64,000 nt of DNA. Source: a virus. A model generated the notes under the pieces. That model did not search any database. It was not told where the DNA came from and was given only the letters and a program-made list of their open reading frames with translations. The DNA lies in IMG/VR virus record IMGVR_UViG_3300021964_006878, positions 21,367-85,366 of that record. One strand, written 5' to 3'. This document shows, in pieces, positions 1-10,196 of this stretch (position 1 is its first letter; every line of letters begins with the position of its first letter). A program made the position numbers and the translations under genes.

Positions 1-1903
1 TATCATTTAATGTAATTACATTCGTTGAAATATCAATATCGTTTATATTTAAAGTTCTAGTAACTGTGAATTCTTTTTTGCTTGATGGACCATCACCTGA
101 TGGAACCTGCATCAGAACTGGTGAATTGAAAGTTGAAGTGATACCAGCAATATTTGTGTCTAAGTACACAACTTCGTTCTCACGAGCACCTATTCTAAAA
201 CCTTCTGAGATATTAGATGGTGGATTACCCTCATCAGTTTCCCCAAGAATATAGAGTCTTGATGTTATACCAATACCGATAGTAGTACTTGGGTCTAATG
301 GTCTCCAAGTAACATTGTTTGTTTGTTCTTGAGAATCTTTTGGTGGTATAATATGAGTGATATATCCAGTATTATCTCTATCAAATGATTGATTTCTAAA
401 TCCCTTAGAGATTAAAGATTTTGCACCAAAGTTAGAGTTTGAGTTTGTAATTGATTGGTCTGCACCATCTTCTGTTAAGAAGTGATTTGCAAAACCAATA
501 GCAAACACAGACACTGCCTGAATGACAGAATCATTGGATGCCTTTACATGGAAACTTTCGTAGTTTGGATTATAAACTGCTTCTTGATTAATATAAAGTG
601 GTTTAGTAACAGTGTTTGGGGCAGTATCGTTAGTGTCATACTGACCGGTAGTTTCATTATAAATTAGGAATGCTTTGGGGTCCTTTTGAAGTCCAATTCC
701 AGTGAATTGGGCCACAACCATAGATTTAAATCCGGTTGCCTTTGAACCATCAGCGTGGAGTCCACACATACCAAAAGCAGATCTCAAAGAGAGATTAAAT
801 ATGTATGGTGAAGCACCTGTTACATTGTCTGCTTCAATAACAATCTTTTCATTTCCACCGATTGTAATTACATCATCAGTAGGATCTGCAAGCATAGAGT
901 ATGTAAACTTACGCTCACTTGTGATACCAGTAACTTTGAAACTTCCATTATAGGTATCAGAACCAACACCAATAACACGGAAGGAATCATCAACATTCAA
1001 ATTATGTTTGATTCCAGTTGTAACTGATGCAATTGTTCCAGATGAAGTTAATTCTGAGACATTAAAATCATTTGCACTTAAATCTCCAACAATTTTAAAC
1101 TCTGGACTGTTAGGTTGGAAGTCCGTAGACGTTGGGAAGTCGGTGATTTCCCTGTTACCAGTATCAGCACCATATGCATTCATCAACTTGAAGTAATACA
1201 TCTGAAGGTCACTTAGACCTGTCAGAGATTTTACATTAACACCATCAGCATACTCAAAGCAAGTCAGTTTGTGATGAGAGAAACTTGGATTTGCTTTCTG
1301 ACTATAATTTTTGTTGAAGAAAACTGCTTGATTTGCATCAAACATACTGAACTGCCAGAAATAGCAACCACCAGTTACACGGAACAGTGCAGACCTTTCT
1401 ATCGTTGTGTTTTCTGGGTCAGGGACATATAGCGGTCTAATCTTGGTCTTTCTTAAGTCAAGACCAACAATAGATGTTCCCTTTGGAACAATGAGACCAC
1501 CATCAACAGAATTGAATTTGTAAAGAACATTAGAAGCGTTATCTAAATCAAATATCGAACTATTCGTAAGTTCAATATTGGGAGACGCTACAATAGATTC
1601 ATTTTGGTCAAAGTATTGTGGAGACCCGCCATTGTTTTTAACAAAAAATCCTGGTCTATTGTCAATAGTATGAGTTCCAGGATATAATAGAACCGTAGTT
1701 CTATCAAATCGGTCATTGCTATCACCAATTTGATAAGAAAATCTTGCCGCTTCAATCAGTGCCCTTTGTAGAGTTTTAAACGGTCTAGTTAAAGAGTTAC
1801 CTTTATTATCAAAACTATCCGTAGCGTCCAGATCTGATGGATTTACGTAAAGAATATTACCATCGGTATTAATCAGAAAATTTTCTAATCTTGAAAGAGG
1901 CAT
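1..1903 (-). CDS. Large virion structural/tail-fibre-like protein (runs off window start; absent from ORF track)
   Basis: Manual translation from ATG at 1903: MPLSRLENFLINTDGNILYVNPSDLDATDSFDNKGNSLTRPFKTLQRALIEAARFSYQ, a typical cyanomyovirus structural-protein N-terminus; ATAAATA late-promoter core just upstream (~1934-1940). Confidence 0.8.
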   Translation of the reverse strand, partial: MPLSRLENFLINTDGNILYVNPSDLDATDSFDNKGNSLTRPFKTLQRALIEAARFSYQIGDSNDRFDRTTVLLYPGTHTIDNRPGFFVKNNGGSPQYFDQNESIVASPNIELTNSSIFDLDNASNVLYKFNSVDGGLIVPKGTSIVGLDLRKTKIRPLYVPDPENTTIERSALFRVTGGCYFWQFSMFDANQAVFFNKNYSQKANPSFSHHKLTCFEYADGVNVKSLTGLSDLQMYYFKLMNAYGADTGNREITDFPTSTDFQPNSPEFKIVGDLSANDFNVSELTSSGTIASVTTGIKHNLNVDDSFRVIGVGSDTYNGSFKVTGITSERKFTYSMLADPTDDVITIGGNEKIVIEADNVTGASPYIFNLSLRSAFGMCGLHADGSKATGFKSMVVAQFTGIGLQKDPKAFLIYNETTGQYDTNDTAPNTVTKPLYINQEAVYNPNYESFHVKASNDSVIQAVSVFAIGFANHFLTEDGADQSITNSNSNFGAKSLISKGFRNQSFDRDNTGYITHIIPPKDSQEQTNNVTWRPLDPSTTIGIGITSRLYILGETDEGNPPSNISEGFRIGARENEVVYLDTNIAGITSTFNSPVLMQVPSGDGPSSKKEFTVTRTLNINDIDISTNVITLND

Positions 1904-1957
1904 TTTATCAGCGCACTAATTTTTCTTCTGCTTTATTTATCACAGACAGAACTGTCT

Positions 1958-2224
1958 CTAATCTACAGGTAGTAATTCAGGGTTCTCTAATTCTAAATCA
2001 AAAATAAGTGGATGGCATTCTTCCATTACCAAGTAGTTTGACCACCCATACAAGTCATCTAAATCGTATTGAGTATTTCCATTTGCCCACTCTATAATCT
2101 CTGAGTCCAAATAAAAACTATCGTCTACATCATCAAATGTATATGGAATACCATTTATAAAATACATCAAAACTAATTGCGTTTTCTTAAACCAGCAATA
2201 CTTGATGTCCAGATGATACTTCAT
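1958..2224 (-). CDS. Conserved cyanophage hypothetical protein
   Basis: 88 aa ORF, same strand as neighbours. Confidence 0.6.
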   Translation of the reverse strand: MKYHLDIKYCWFKKTQLVLMYFINGIPYTFDDVDDSFYLDSEIIEWANGNTQYDLDDLYGWSNYLVMEECHPLIFDLELENPELLPVD

Positions 2225-2301
2225 TCACGTATCCTATTCTGGGAATATTTAGTGGGGTGGGGGCGCTGCTTCTACTTGCAGATCTTTTGTACTCCCTCGA
2301 A

Positions 2302-2375
2302 TACGAGTGGTGGGAGTCGAACCCACACTGTCGAAATTTTAAGTTTCGTTTCTCTGCCTGTTGGAATACACTCGC
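2302..2375 (-). tRNA. tRNA-Leu(TAA), short variable loop
   Basis: GCGAGTG/CACTCGT acceptor stem, CGAAA-CTTAAAA-TTTCG anticodon arm, GTGGG-TTCGACT-CCCAC T arm, A73. Confidence 0.9.
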
Positions 2376-2462
2376 ATAAAAATTCAAAAAAGGTCTGGGA
2401 TGAATTTTTACCCAGAATTTTTTTTCGACCTTTTTTGTAATCAAAAGTCAATTTTGGATTGA

Positions 2463-2756
2463 CTATAATGTTCTCTCTAATCTTTCAGTTGCTTGGTCTG
2501 GAAAGTCTCTTGGTCTACTATCTAGAGCATTATCAGTTTTAGGTGAACCTTCATTTGCTTTCATAGTATGCTGAAAATTGATTCTCTTATATCTGATACT
2601 AAATGGATCAGGCATCCAATATGTTACTTGCCAATTAATATCAGGACACATTTCAAGATGTTTCTCTACTGAGTGATTGAAGATACCCATTTGAACATGT
2701 CCATCATGAGTAATACATCTACTATTACCAATATCAACTAGAAATAATTGTTTCAT
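2463..2756 (-). CDS. Hypothetical protein
   Basis: ORF track; likely start MKQLFL at 2756, coupled to the upstream stop (ATGA). Confidence 0.6.
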   Translation of the reverse strand: MKQLFLVDIGNSRCITHDGHVQMGIFNHSVEKHLEMCPDINWQVTYWMPDPFSIRYKRINFQHTMKANEGSPKTDNALDSRPRDFPDQATERLERTL

Positions 2757-2908
2757 TCCCCCTTCCAAGTTGGTGGATGAAAAACACAATACTCATTGAA
2801 TGTGATTTTCATTTCTTTTTCTGTTAGGTTGCAATTTTTTGCTGCTTTGGGTAAATTCCACTTCGCCGCGAACAACATTTCCATAGATTGACGGGTTTCT
2901 GGTCTCAT
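2753..2908 (-). CDS. Small hypothetical protein (51 aa, MRPETRQSMEMLFAAKWNLPKAA...)
   Basis: Manual translation; stop overlaps the next start. Confidence 0.6.
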   Translation of the reverse strand: MRPETRQSMEMLFAAKWNLPKAAKNCNLTEKEMKITFNEYCVFHPPTWKGE

Positions 2909-2956
2909 AGTCGTAACACTTTAAGATTTCTTGATAGAGGGAATGTGAATACTGCA

Positions 2957-3127
2957 TCAGTCAGTAAGAGATACTTCTCCACGTAACTCCATAAGTTTAA
3001 TCTCTGCAAGAGTCCCAACACATTCCCAGTATGTTTCTCCACTGATACGAGTATCATCGCAGTAATGTTCTGCAATGTCTTCCTGTAGATGCTTGAGATT
3101 AACAAGGTCGTCTCGGTCGATTTGCAT
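2957..3127 (-). CDS. Small hypothetical protein
   Basis: ORF track, start trimmed to MQIDRDD. Confidence 0.5.
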   Translation of the reverse strand: MQIDRDDLVNLKHLQEDIAEHYCDDTRISGETYWECVGTLAEIKLMELRGEVSLTD

Positions 3128-3182
3128 TTGAGATTCGTTGGTTACCTGATTATTATAGCAGGTCTGGAGTGGGTCGTCAACC

Positions 3183-4745
3183 CTATGGTTCAAACTCACT
3201 AAGGTCAGACCCATCCAGTGTGCTAATCTGATTATTGATTCTATTCATCTCTGAAGTCTCAAATGCAGATCCAGTTAACAAACTATATGCTTCTAGTTCG
3301 TCTTCATCTCTTATCTCTCTCAATACGGAAGAAAGGTCATTGAGACGATTTATTTCATCAATATTAGAATTGATTGTATTTGTAAGCGTAGTCTCACTAG
3401 CAGCGATAGTGTTATCGATAACAAGACAAGAACCAACACCATCAACCACACCAGTTGGAGAAATACTAGTAACAGTGGCTGTTGATTGAGGACCAGCAAG
3501 TGTGCTACTAGTTGAAACTAAAACTTGCCCCTCAAAAGCATAAGTAGCAACACCAAAAGCAACACCAGCAGCAGGACCAGAAACAGTTGGCCAACTTGTA
3601 TTTCCTACGTAATATACAGCAGCACCAGCACCAACGGCAGGTTCAGGGTCATCTGATTGTTCTTTCCATTGTACTGGACCTGGAGGTGCTCCATTATTAA
3701 TAATTTCTGTCTTGTGTCCTATGCCCAATTGTGTTCCTAAAATACCAATAGTAACAGGGTCTATGGGACTCTTCAAATAATCAAAGTCAGAATCAATATC
3801 TTTTGTAGATCTAATAACAGTAAAACTCTGCCCAAAAGCATCTCCATTTCCAGTCTGATCTAATATTAATGTAGGTTTAACGCCAGATGTACCAAGATAA
3901 AGAGTACCATTTACAGTAGATGCTACAGCAACATTACTTAGAATAAGAGATGGACAAGTAACTGTTATATTAGTATTGGTCTGACTAGTGGCATCATAAA
4001 AAGGCACAACAGCATTTGCAGTTCCAAATCCAATGACAGTTGTTCCCTCAGGAAGGATACCAGTAAATGAAACTGCACTTCCTACTTCAGCAGCAAGAGT
4101 AGTTCCAATGCCGACATTAACAAAATGGTCTGAACCCACACCAATACTACCCCCAAGTGATGTGGTGAAACCAATAACATTTGCTGTTCCAAATCCAATT
4201 ACTTTTGGAATAAAACCTTGACTGAATACTGATGGAGAATCAAGGTTATCTGTGACAAGATCACCTAATTCAATACCATCAATTCCTTCATCACTAGTTA
4301 CAGCAATTGTAATTCCTCCGCCAACAATATTACCTGTCAGTTCAGAGATTATATTTGAACCAAAGTCTCTATTTAAAGGTTTTCTATAATACTTCTGACC
4401 ATAGTAGTTTTTTTGTTCCTTAAGAGCATCATTTTTGACGCAAGTATATATCGTATATGTTGAATCATCTGCTTGATTTATTCCAGTCTCAGTAATTTCC
4501 CACTTCAAATCACTTCTACATCCACTGGAAATTCTTGATAGGTATGCTGCTTGTGCTTCAGTAGACCTAGTATTAATTTCATCAATAAGACTTGGAATTT
4601 TTCTATCAATGTTGATAATCAATTCATCAATCTTATCAATCTTAGCATCTTTCAATGCAAGTTGTCCAAGAATACTCTCTCTAGAGTCTTTCTTGTACTT
4701 TATTGTCTGTTTTAGTTCTTTGATTATATTATCTTTGGTTGACAT
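3183..4745 (-). CDS. Virion structural protein
   Basis: 520 aa, Gly/Thr-rich beta core with coiled termini, within the baseplate operon. Confidence 0.6.
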   Translation of the reverse strand: MSTKDNIIKELKQTIKYKKDSRESILGQLALKDAKIDKIDELIINIDRKIPSLIDEINTRSTEAQAAYLSRISSGCRSDLKWEITETGINQADDSTYTIYTCVKNDALKEQKNYYGQKYYRKPLNRDFGSNIISELTGNIVGGGITIAVTSDEGIDGIELGDLVTDNLDSPSVFSQGFIPKVIGFGTANVIGFTTSLGGSIGVGSDHFVNVGIGTTLAAEVGSAVSFTGILPEGTTVIGFGTANAVVPFYDATSQTNTNITVTCPSLILSNVAVASTVNGTLYLGTSGVKPTLILDQTGNGDAFGQSFTVIRSTKDIDSDFDYLKSPIDPVTIGILGTQLGIGHKTEIINNGAPPGPVQWKEQSDDPEPAVGAGAAVYYVGNTSWPTVSGPAAGVAFGVATYAFEGQVLVSTSSTLAGPQSTATVTSISPTGVVDGVGSCLVIDNTIAASETTLTNTINSNIDEINRLNDLSSVLREIRDEDELEAYSLLTGSAFETSEMNRINNQISTLDGSDLSEFEP

Positions 4746-4748
4746 ATT

Positions 4749-5651
4749 TTATTTCCAGTTAGGTTTTCTTCTATCGTAATCCCATCCACCAACTAAGAAT
4801 TGCTCTGGGTTTCCTGGGTAATCATCAGGAGATTCACCATCATAAACGACATGAAGTTTTTCATCATGGTTTCTAGGATCAATCCATCGTGCTACCCATA
4901 CGTGGTAGAAACATTCAAATGGTTTATCGTCTGCTTCCTTTACAACTATCTTTTCTTTATCCATTTCAATTATATTTAAATGATAATGTCTTTCACCAAT
5001 AGGTTGTAGTTGAACAGTGATACTATCATAGTCAACCAGACCATCCCAATAATCAGGTAATTGTATCACATTACTATCTTTAAGTCTACCTCTGATATAA
5101 ATTCCTGCTTCAGGTCCCTCTGCACATAAGTGACGTATTCTTTTTCCTTCATCTTTCCAATGAGGAAGATCAAAAGCACTTAATGGTTTGTTTCCAGTAG
5201 CCTTTCCAATAAGTTTTGGAGCAACAACAATTGGTGCTACAATACCGGCATTTGCAAACAATTTACCATTGAAATTACTTACAGCATTCGCAACATTCAG
5301 ACCATTTTTAATGTCAATAGAGTTCTTAATAGAGAAACCATTTTTTATAGTTCCCCCAAACATCGTATTTAACCCAAACAGATTAGTAGTTCCAAAATTA
5401 TTCAAGACCCCAAAATACTGAGACACACCACTAACTTCTAATGAGAATGGTAATGTTGTTCCCGGAATAGTAAGAGGAGGACCGATGCTTACACCTGCTC
5501 TTACTACTCCTGTCTGAAGTGATGCACCAAATATACTAATGCCAGGATTTGTAAGAACTCCTGACGCAGTATATTGTGACACACTAAGTTTTGATAAATC
5601 TGGTGTTCCTATACTGACTTTACCAAATGAACCTTTTGCTGCCTTATACAT
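4749..5651 (-). CDS. Baseplate/spike-associated protein with tail-fibre-type C-terminal domain
   Basis: Beta-helix-like Asn/Gly repeats followed by FDLPH...EGPEAGIYIRG...LPDYW motif. Confidence 0.55.
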   Translation of the reverse strand: MYKAAKGSFGKVSIGTPDLSKLSVSQYTASGVLTNPGISIFGASLQTGVVRAGVSIGPPLTIPGTTLPFSLEVSGVSQYFGVLNNFGTTNLFGLNTMFGGTIKNGFSIKNSIDIKNGLNVANAVSNFNGKLFANAGIVAPIVVAPKLIGKATGNKPLSAFDLPHWKDEGKRIRHLCAEGPEAGIYIRGRLKDSNVIQLPDYWDGLVDYDSITVQLQPIGERHYHLNIIEMDKEKIVVKEADDKPFECFYHVWVARWIDPRNHDEKLHVVYDGESPDDYPGNPEQFLVGGWDYDRRKPNWK

Positions 5652-5656
5652 ATATC

Positions 5657-6271
5657 CTATCCACCGAATGTCCTACCCAATTTCTTTGCCTTGTCTAAGA
5701 CATTGAAAATTGTAGTGATTAAAGATGGACTGAGAACCGGATCTTGTCCACTTCCGGCAACAATAGACCCAGTTTCAGAATATAATGTTAAACTACCAGC
5801 AGTTAATAGCATATCTGAATAAGCAGTTATATTAGATTTAGTTGCAAAAACATTGAACTCTGGTGACTCTGTGGTAATAGTTTTGTTAGATTTAATAGAC
5901 ACATCACCATCAGCATCTGTTGCTTCAATCTTTACATTAGCACCCTGTAAAATCAAATCACCATTTCGTGCTGTGATTTTAATATTTCCTTTCGCAGCAT
6001 CAAGAACTATTGTCATACTCGTTTCATCTTCTGATAGTTCTCCTGAATATATTTCAAGAGAATCATTACTAAGGATTTTACAATTCCCCTTCTTATAGAA
6101 ATGAATTCCTTGATCGGTATCAGTGCTCATAGAAAATTCTGCTTTTCCATGTTCTTGAGAATTATATTCAGATTCAATATTAAATCCAGGACGACGCATT
6201 GCAAAATACTCTTCTGCATATCTTCCTATTTCTTCTTTTAATATTTGTACTTCTTTTTCTGTCATATACAA
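5657..6271 (-). CDS. gp5 C-terminal-like beta-helix spike protein
   Basis: Repeated GNIKITARNGDLILQGANVKIEA-type strands, directly downstream of gp5. Confidence 0.5.
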   Translation of the reverse strand: MYMTEKEVQILKEEIGRYAEEYFAMRRPGFNIESEYNSQEHGKAEFSMSTDTDQGIHFYKKGNCKILSNDSLEIYSGELSEDETSMTIVLDAAKGNIKITARNGDLILQGANVKIEATDADGDVSIKSNKTITTESPEFNVFATKSNITAYSDMLLTAGSLTLYSETGSIVAGSGQDPVLSPSLITTIFNVLDKAKKLGRTFGG

Positions 6272-8664
6272 TCAATAACGCTAGTGATTCCAACAAGACC
6301 AGACCTATTGGGAGTTGTGTCTGTATTTCCCAACTGCTTGTAGGACAAGATTGGTATTAAGTCAGCACCCCTTCCTGTTCTAGTATTTATTGTAATTGAG
6401 GGAATGAAATTATACTCACTATCAATGTTGGGTATATTAACATCAATAATTGAACCATTACCCGGAGTAAGAATAGGTGTAACAATATATCCTGGTAAAT
6501 TTACCTCTCCAGATTCACCTGGTGTTCCTGGTACAGTGTCATCAATAATTCTCGGTAAAGGAATTAATATACTATCACCACTGGTGTATCCAATACCTGG
6601 TGAGACAATGTAAATCCCAGTAATAATTCCAACAGGGTTAGATGAAATTGGTCCATCATTACTCACATAATTATTACCACAGTTTAGGACAACAATATCA
6701 CTAATCTTACCATCATCAACGATAACTTTAAGTCTTGCACCAGAACCATAGTTACTATTATCAATCACAGATGCTGCAGTATCAGAATCATATCCAGAAC
6801 CTGGATTCGTAACCTGAACTGCAATGATGCAATTAGAACCACCTACAATAGGCACTGCAGTAGCGCCAGACCCTCCACCTGATATTTGAATTTCTGGTGG
6901 TATACCTTTTTCAAACTTGTATCCCATAGGCATAGGAATCAAATCTCTTTGGCGTGTTGGATTATTAATTTTTTCAGTACAAGCATCAAATATAGTATTA
7001 GTTCCAAACAATGATGTAGTAGAAATTGCACTTTCAATAGAACCTAGTCCTTTATCAAGTGCTCCAGATGCATTACCTCCAGTAAGACTATCAGTTACTT
7101 TTAATATACTTCCCAATTTCATTCCACTGTAGTCAGTGTCTTGGAATTGATCAGAACCAAAGAAATTACCAATATCAGATTCTGCTTCGCTACGAATTCT
7201 TGAAAGGTCAGAGGATACTCCCTTGAGAATATTGATATTACTAACTTGTTTTTCCCAATCGTCTGCTGCTGTAGAAATAGAACCACTTAATGTAGATACC
7301 CATTTAGATGGAGTAGTACATTTTCTACCATCACAACCAATGAAACTCAGGATTTGAGACGCAAGGTTAGATGCCTTTCCAATAAAATCTGAGATTACTC
7401 CAATACCACCAGTCAACCAATCAAGTCCATCTAAAACTGGTCCCAATAAATCTTCAAGTGATTCAAATAATTTAGCAAAGATACCTGAAACAAATTGCTC
7501 TGCCGCACAAAAAGGACCATTAACAATATTTTCAATTAGAGTTCTAAACATATTTCCCAAGAACCCAGTCAAATCTTCTATAACTTTTTCAAATATACAG
7601 AAGATAGTATCAAGAATTCCCTGAAGTGCTTTTCTTGATACTTCATCAGAAATAAAGTCTAATGGATTAACAAGATTTAGTTTACCTAAGAACTGAGAGA
7701 AGATAAGATTTAACTTTCCAATAATTCCATTTCTGATATTATTAATTATTCCTTTTACAATTCCCTTTACCTGCCTTACAATTCTCTTTATTTCTGCATC
7801 CATATCAATGATTGCATTCGTAATCGGATCAACAAACTTGTTTATAGAATTTTCTAAACTATTTGTGAATGCGATAAAGTCAGTAAGTATCTGAGTTATT
7901 CTTCCGATTGCATCATTACCACAGTTACTTGGATTTACTTGTACCTTAGTTGCTCTTTTTTCTATATTTTTTGCAGCATTACTACCAGTTCCACCTGATT
8001 GAATAACACCCTGTTCAACTGTTGATATTAGTCTTTTAGAAACAATGTCTGCTTGTATCTGATCAAATGTAAGATCAGCATCTGCTGCAGCAGCAGATGC
8101 TGCTCCAATAGCAACTGCATCGGGGACAAAAGGAATTACATCTAATTGTATGCTACCCTTTATTGCAGGAGATTTTGGTGTTTGTATAGGATTTGTATTA
8201 CGAGATTTCCCTTTAGTTGACCTTTCATTATTACCCCCAGTGAAATTTTTAAAAGATGAAGTGCCACTTGATAATAGTTCTTCTTTAGGAAGAGAATTTG
8301 GTATTGAATTGTGTCTGTTTAAGAGACCAATGATAACTGGTTGTTGTGCTTCTTCCCCATCGAGAAAAAACCCCATGCATGTTTCTCCACCAACCAAACA
8401 CAAAGAGTCTCCCATACCACCCTGACCACCGCCAGTGACAGCATCCATCATTACTTCTGCCCAAGGCAAATCCTTCTCTGGTAATTCATTAGTGAATGGG
8501 TGATACCCAATTATTCTCACCTTACATCGTTGCCCCAAACTATCCGATTGAGACATAACGACATTTTCTTTTTTCCATACAGAAGAATCGGCAACTCTAC
8601 CAATCCACCATACAAAACCATCTCTACCGAGAAAATTAGATTTTAGTAATGACTCGTCTATCAT
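6262..8664 (-). CDS. gp5: Baseplate hub subunit gp5
   Basis: OB-fold N-terminus GFVWWIGRV...RCKVRIIGYH...LPWA...GFFLDG...QQPVIIG. Confidence 0.85.
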   Translation of the reverse strand: MIDESLLKSNFLGRDGFVWWIGRVADSSVWKKENVVMSQSDSLGQRCKVRIIGYHPFTNELPEKDLPWAEVMMDAVTGGGQGGMGDSLCLVGGETCMGFFLDGEEAQQPVIIGLLNRHNSIPNSLPKEELLSSGTSSFKNFTGGNNERSTKGKSRNTNPIQTPKSPAIKGSIQLDVIPFVPDAVAIGAASAAAADADLTFDQIQADIVSKRLISTVEQGVIQSGGTGSNAAKNIEKRATKVQVNPSNCGNDAIGRITQILTDFIAFTNSLENSINKFVDPITNAIIDMDAEIKRIVRQVKGIVKGIINNIRNGIIGKLNLIFSQFLGKLNLVNPLDFISDEVSRKALQGILDTIFCIFEKVIEDLTGFLGNMFRTLIENIVNGPFCAAEQFVSGIFAKLFESLEDLLGPVLDGLDWLTGGIGVISDFIGKASNLASQILSFIGCDGRKCTTPSKWVSTLSGSISTAADDWEKQVSNINILKGVSSDLSRIRSEAESDIGNFFGSDQFQDTDYSGMKLGSILKVTDSLTGGNASGALDKGLGSIESAISTTSLFGTNTIFDACTEKINNPTRQRDLIPMPMGYKFEKGIPPEIQISGGGSGATAVPIVGGSNCIIAVQVTNPGSGYDSDTAASVIDNSNYGSGARLKVIVDDGKISDIVVLNCGNNYVSNDGPISSNPVGIITGIYIVSPGIGYTSGDSILIPLPRIIDDTVPGTPGESGEVNLPGYIVTPILTPGNGSIIDVNIPNIDSEYNFIPSITINTRTGRGADLIPILSYKQLGNTDTTPNRSGLVGITSVIDCI

Positions 8665-8891
8665 TAGTCTTCATACACCAGACATTCTGGTTCTGATGGG
8701 TTAGCATCACAGTATAATTCTAGTGGCGTAGGATCATGATGATCACCTGCTTCAATCTCTGACTTATGATGTTCTACATACTCTTCCAATTCATGCAGTT
8801 CGCTCTCAATGTGACGACGTTGTTGTGGGGATATAGTTGAGTTGTCTAGAATTTCTTTATCAACTTTAATATGCTTTTCGATGCTTTCCAT
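8664..8891 (-). CDS. cp12: CP12 Calvin-cycle inhibitor
   Basis: C-terminal LELYCDANPSEPECLVYED CP12 signature. Confidence 0.92.
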   Translation of the reverse strand: MESIEKHIKVDKEILDNSTISPQQRRHIESELHELEEYVEHHKSEIEAGDHHDPTPLELYCDANPSEPECLVYED

Positions 8892-10196
8892 TTAGTTTAC
8901 TCCGTATGAATCTCTCATTAGTTTAATACTTGTTGTGTTCTGAGTAGAGGAAAAATGATGTCGTAGTTCTCTAATCAAATATAATCCGCTGGATTCTGGA
9001 TCAATTTCTTTTGATCTTCCTGCAGACATTTCTGGGAACTCACAGTATATGATATCCCCTACCTTTAATTTAACATTAAGTGGTATAAGAATATTTAGTG
9101 CCTGTGAGAATAATAGATTATATCTAGCAGAAGACTTAGCAAAATCTGCTGGTGTCCTTCCTGAAGTTTCAGTTCCTCCATTCTTTGACATTATACCATT
9201 GTCTGTGGTCCTGACAAGTATTCTGCTAGAATATTGAGATATATCATCAGGCACTGACAATTTGTCTTGTTTGGTTAGTTTCTTATTTTTAATTTCATTT
9301 TTCATATCATAATTATAAACACTTACTTCATTGGTTGAAATATCAAACAGATATGTAAAATTATTATAGGTTCCTGTTCTTAATGCCTTTCTCATATCAA
9401 TATTTTTTTCATGAACAAATTCTATGATATCAAAATTATTTCTGATATCATTTGCCTTAATAATTTTACCACCATAAGAATACTTAAATATATCTTTCTC
9501 GTCTGCACTCCCAGATTCTTTTAAGTCAGATGTCAAACTATCAATACTTTTAAAATTAAACCCTTCACTATTTTCAAAAAAGAAAAATCCAGAAGTTCCT
9601 TTTGCCTTTTCTCTTACAGAACCTGATGGGTCAGGATCGGATTCTCCTGCATTAATTGATAATGATTTTGGACCCAACCACTGCAAAACATTAAATGGTT
9701 TTCGCATCGAACCAATAAAAGAATATGCATTCGCAGATTCCTCTATATTATTATCTAAAAATTTTGAAGTATTTAAATCATTTTGAAGAATGTTTTTCAC
9801 TGAGTCACTTATCTTTCCTTCATATCTTTTATATGACCTAGAAACTTCATTATTAAAATACTCTTGAGTTGTGAGATGTAGAGTAAAGTTCTCTGCCATT
9901 CTAGTCCCATCAAGACCACTTACTTTATAAACACGAAGATGATTATCTTCATCATTTATTGTAAAGTCACCAGATGCTGTCTCAATATCAATTTCTACTT
10001 TCTCTCCACCACGAATTGGTAGATTACTTACAATACTATATGAATTAGTCACTTGAACAGTCATAGTTACTGAGGGACTTAATATATCCTCAAAATAATC
10101 TATAGATAAAATTGAGTTTGTGATATCAATTTTATTTCCATCCATAGAAGTAATGAAAAATTGTTTTGGTTTATATCCTCTATATGCTTCTGACAT
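8892..10196 (-). CDS. Baseplate hub protein (gp27-like)
   Basis: 434 aa; SIDYFEDILSP, GFFFFENSEGFNFKSID, SGLYLIRELRH motifs; upstream of gp5. Confidence 0.6.
   Translation of the reverse strand: MSEAYRGYKPKQFFITSMDGNKIDITNSILSIDYFEDILSPSVTMTVQVTNSYSIVSNLPIRGGEKVEIDIETASGDFTINDEDNHLRVYKVSGLDGTRMAENFTLHLTTQEYFNNEVSRSYKRYEGKISDSVKNILQNDLNTSKFLDNNIEESANAYSFIGSMRKPFNVLQWLGPKSLSINAGESDPDPSGSVREKAKGTSGFFFFENSEGFNFKSIDSLTSDLKESGSADEKDIFKYSYGGKIIKANDIRNNFDIIEFVHEKNIDMRKALRTGTYNNFTYLFDISTNEVSVYNYDMKNEIKNKKLTKQDKLSVPDDISQYSSRILVRTTDNGIMSKNGGTETSGRTPADFAKSSARYNLLFSQALNILIPLNVKLKVGDIIYCEFPEMSAGRSKEIDPESSGLYLIRELRHHFSSTQNTTSIKLMRDSYGVN

Noticed and set aside
66-1196. Short plus-strand ORFs in the ORF track (and similar antisense ORFs throughout, e.g. 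11853-12362, 23775-24287)
   Set aside because: Antisense shadows of long minus-strand genes; no RBS or motifs.
2177-2444. ORFs 2177-2440(+) and 2187-2444(-)
   Set aside because: They overlap a well-formed tRNA-Leu and the upstream inverted repeat.
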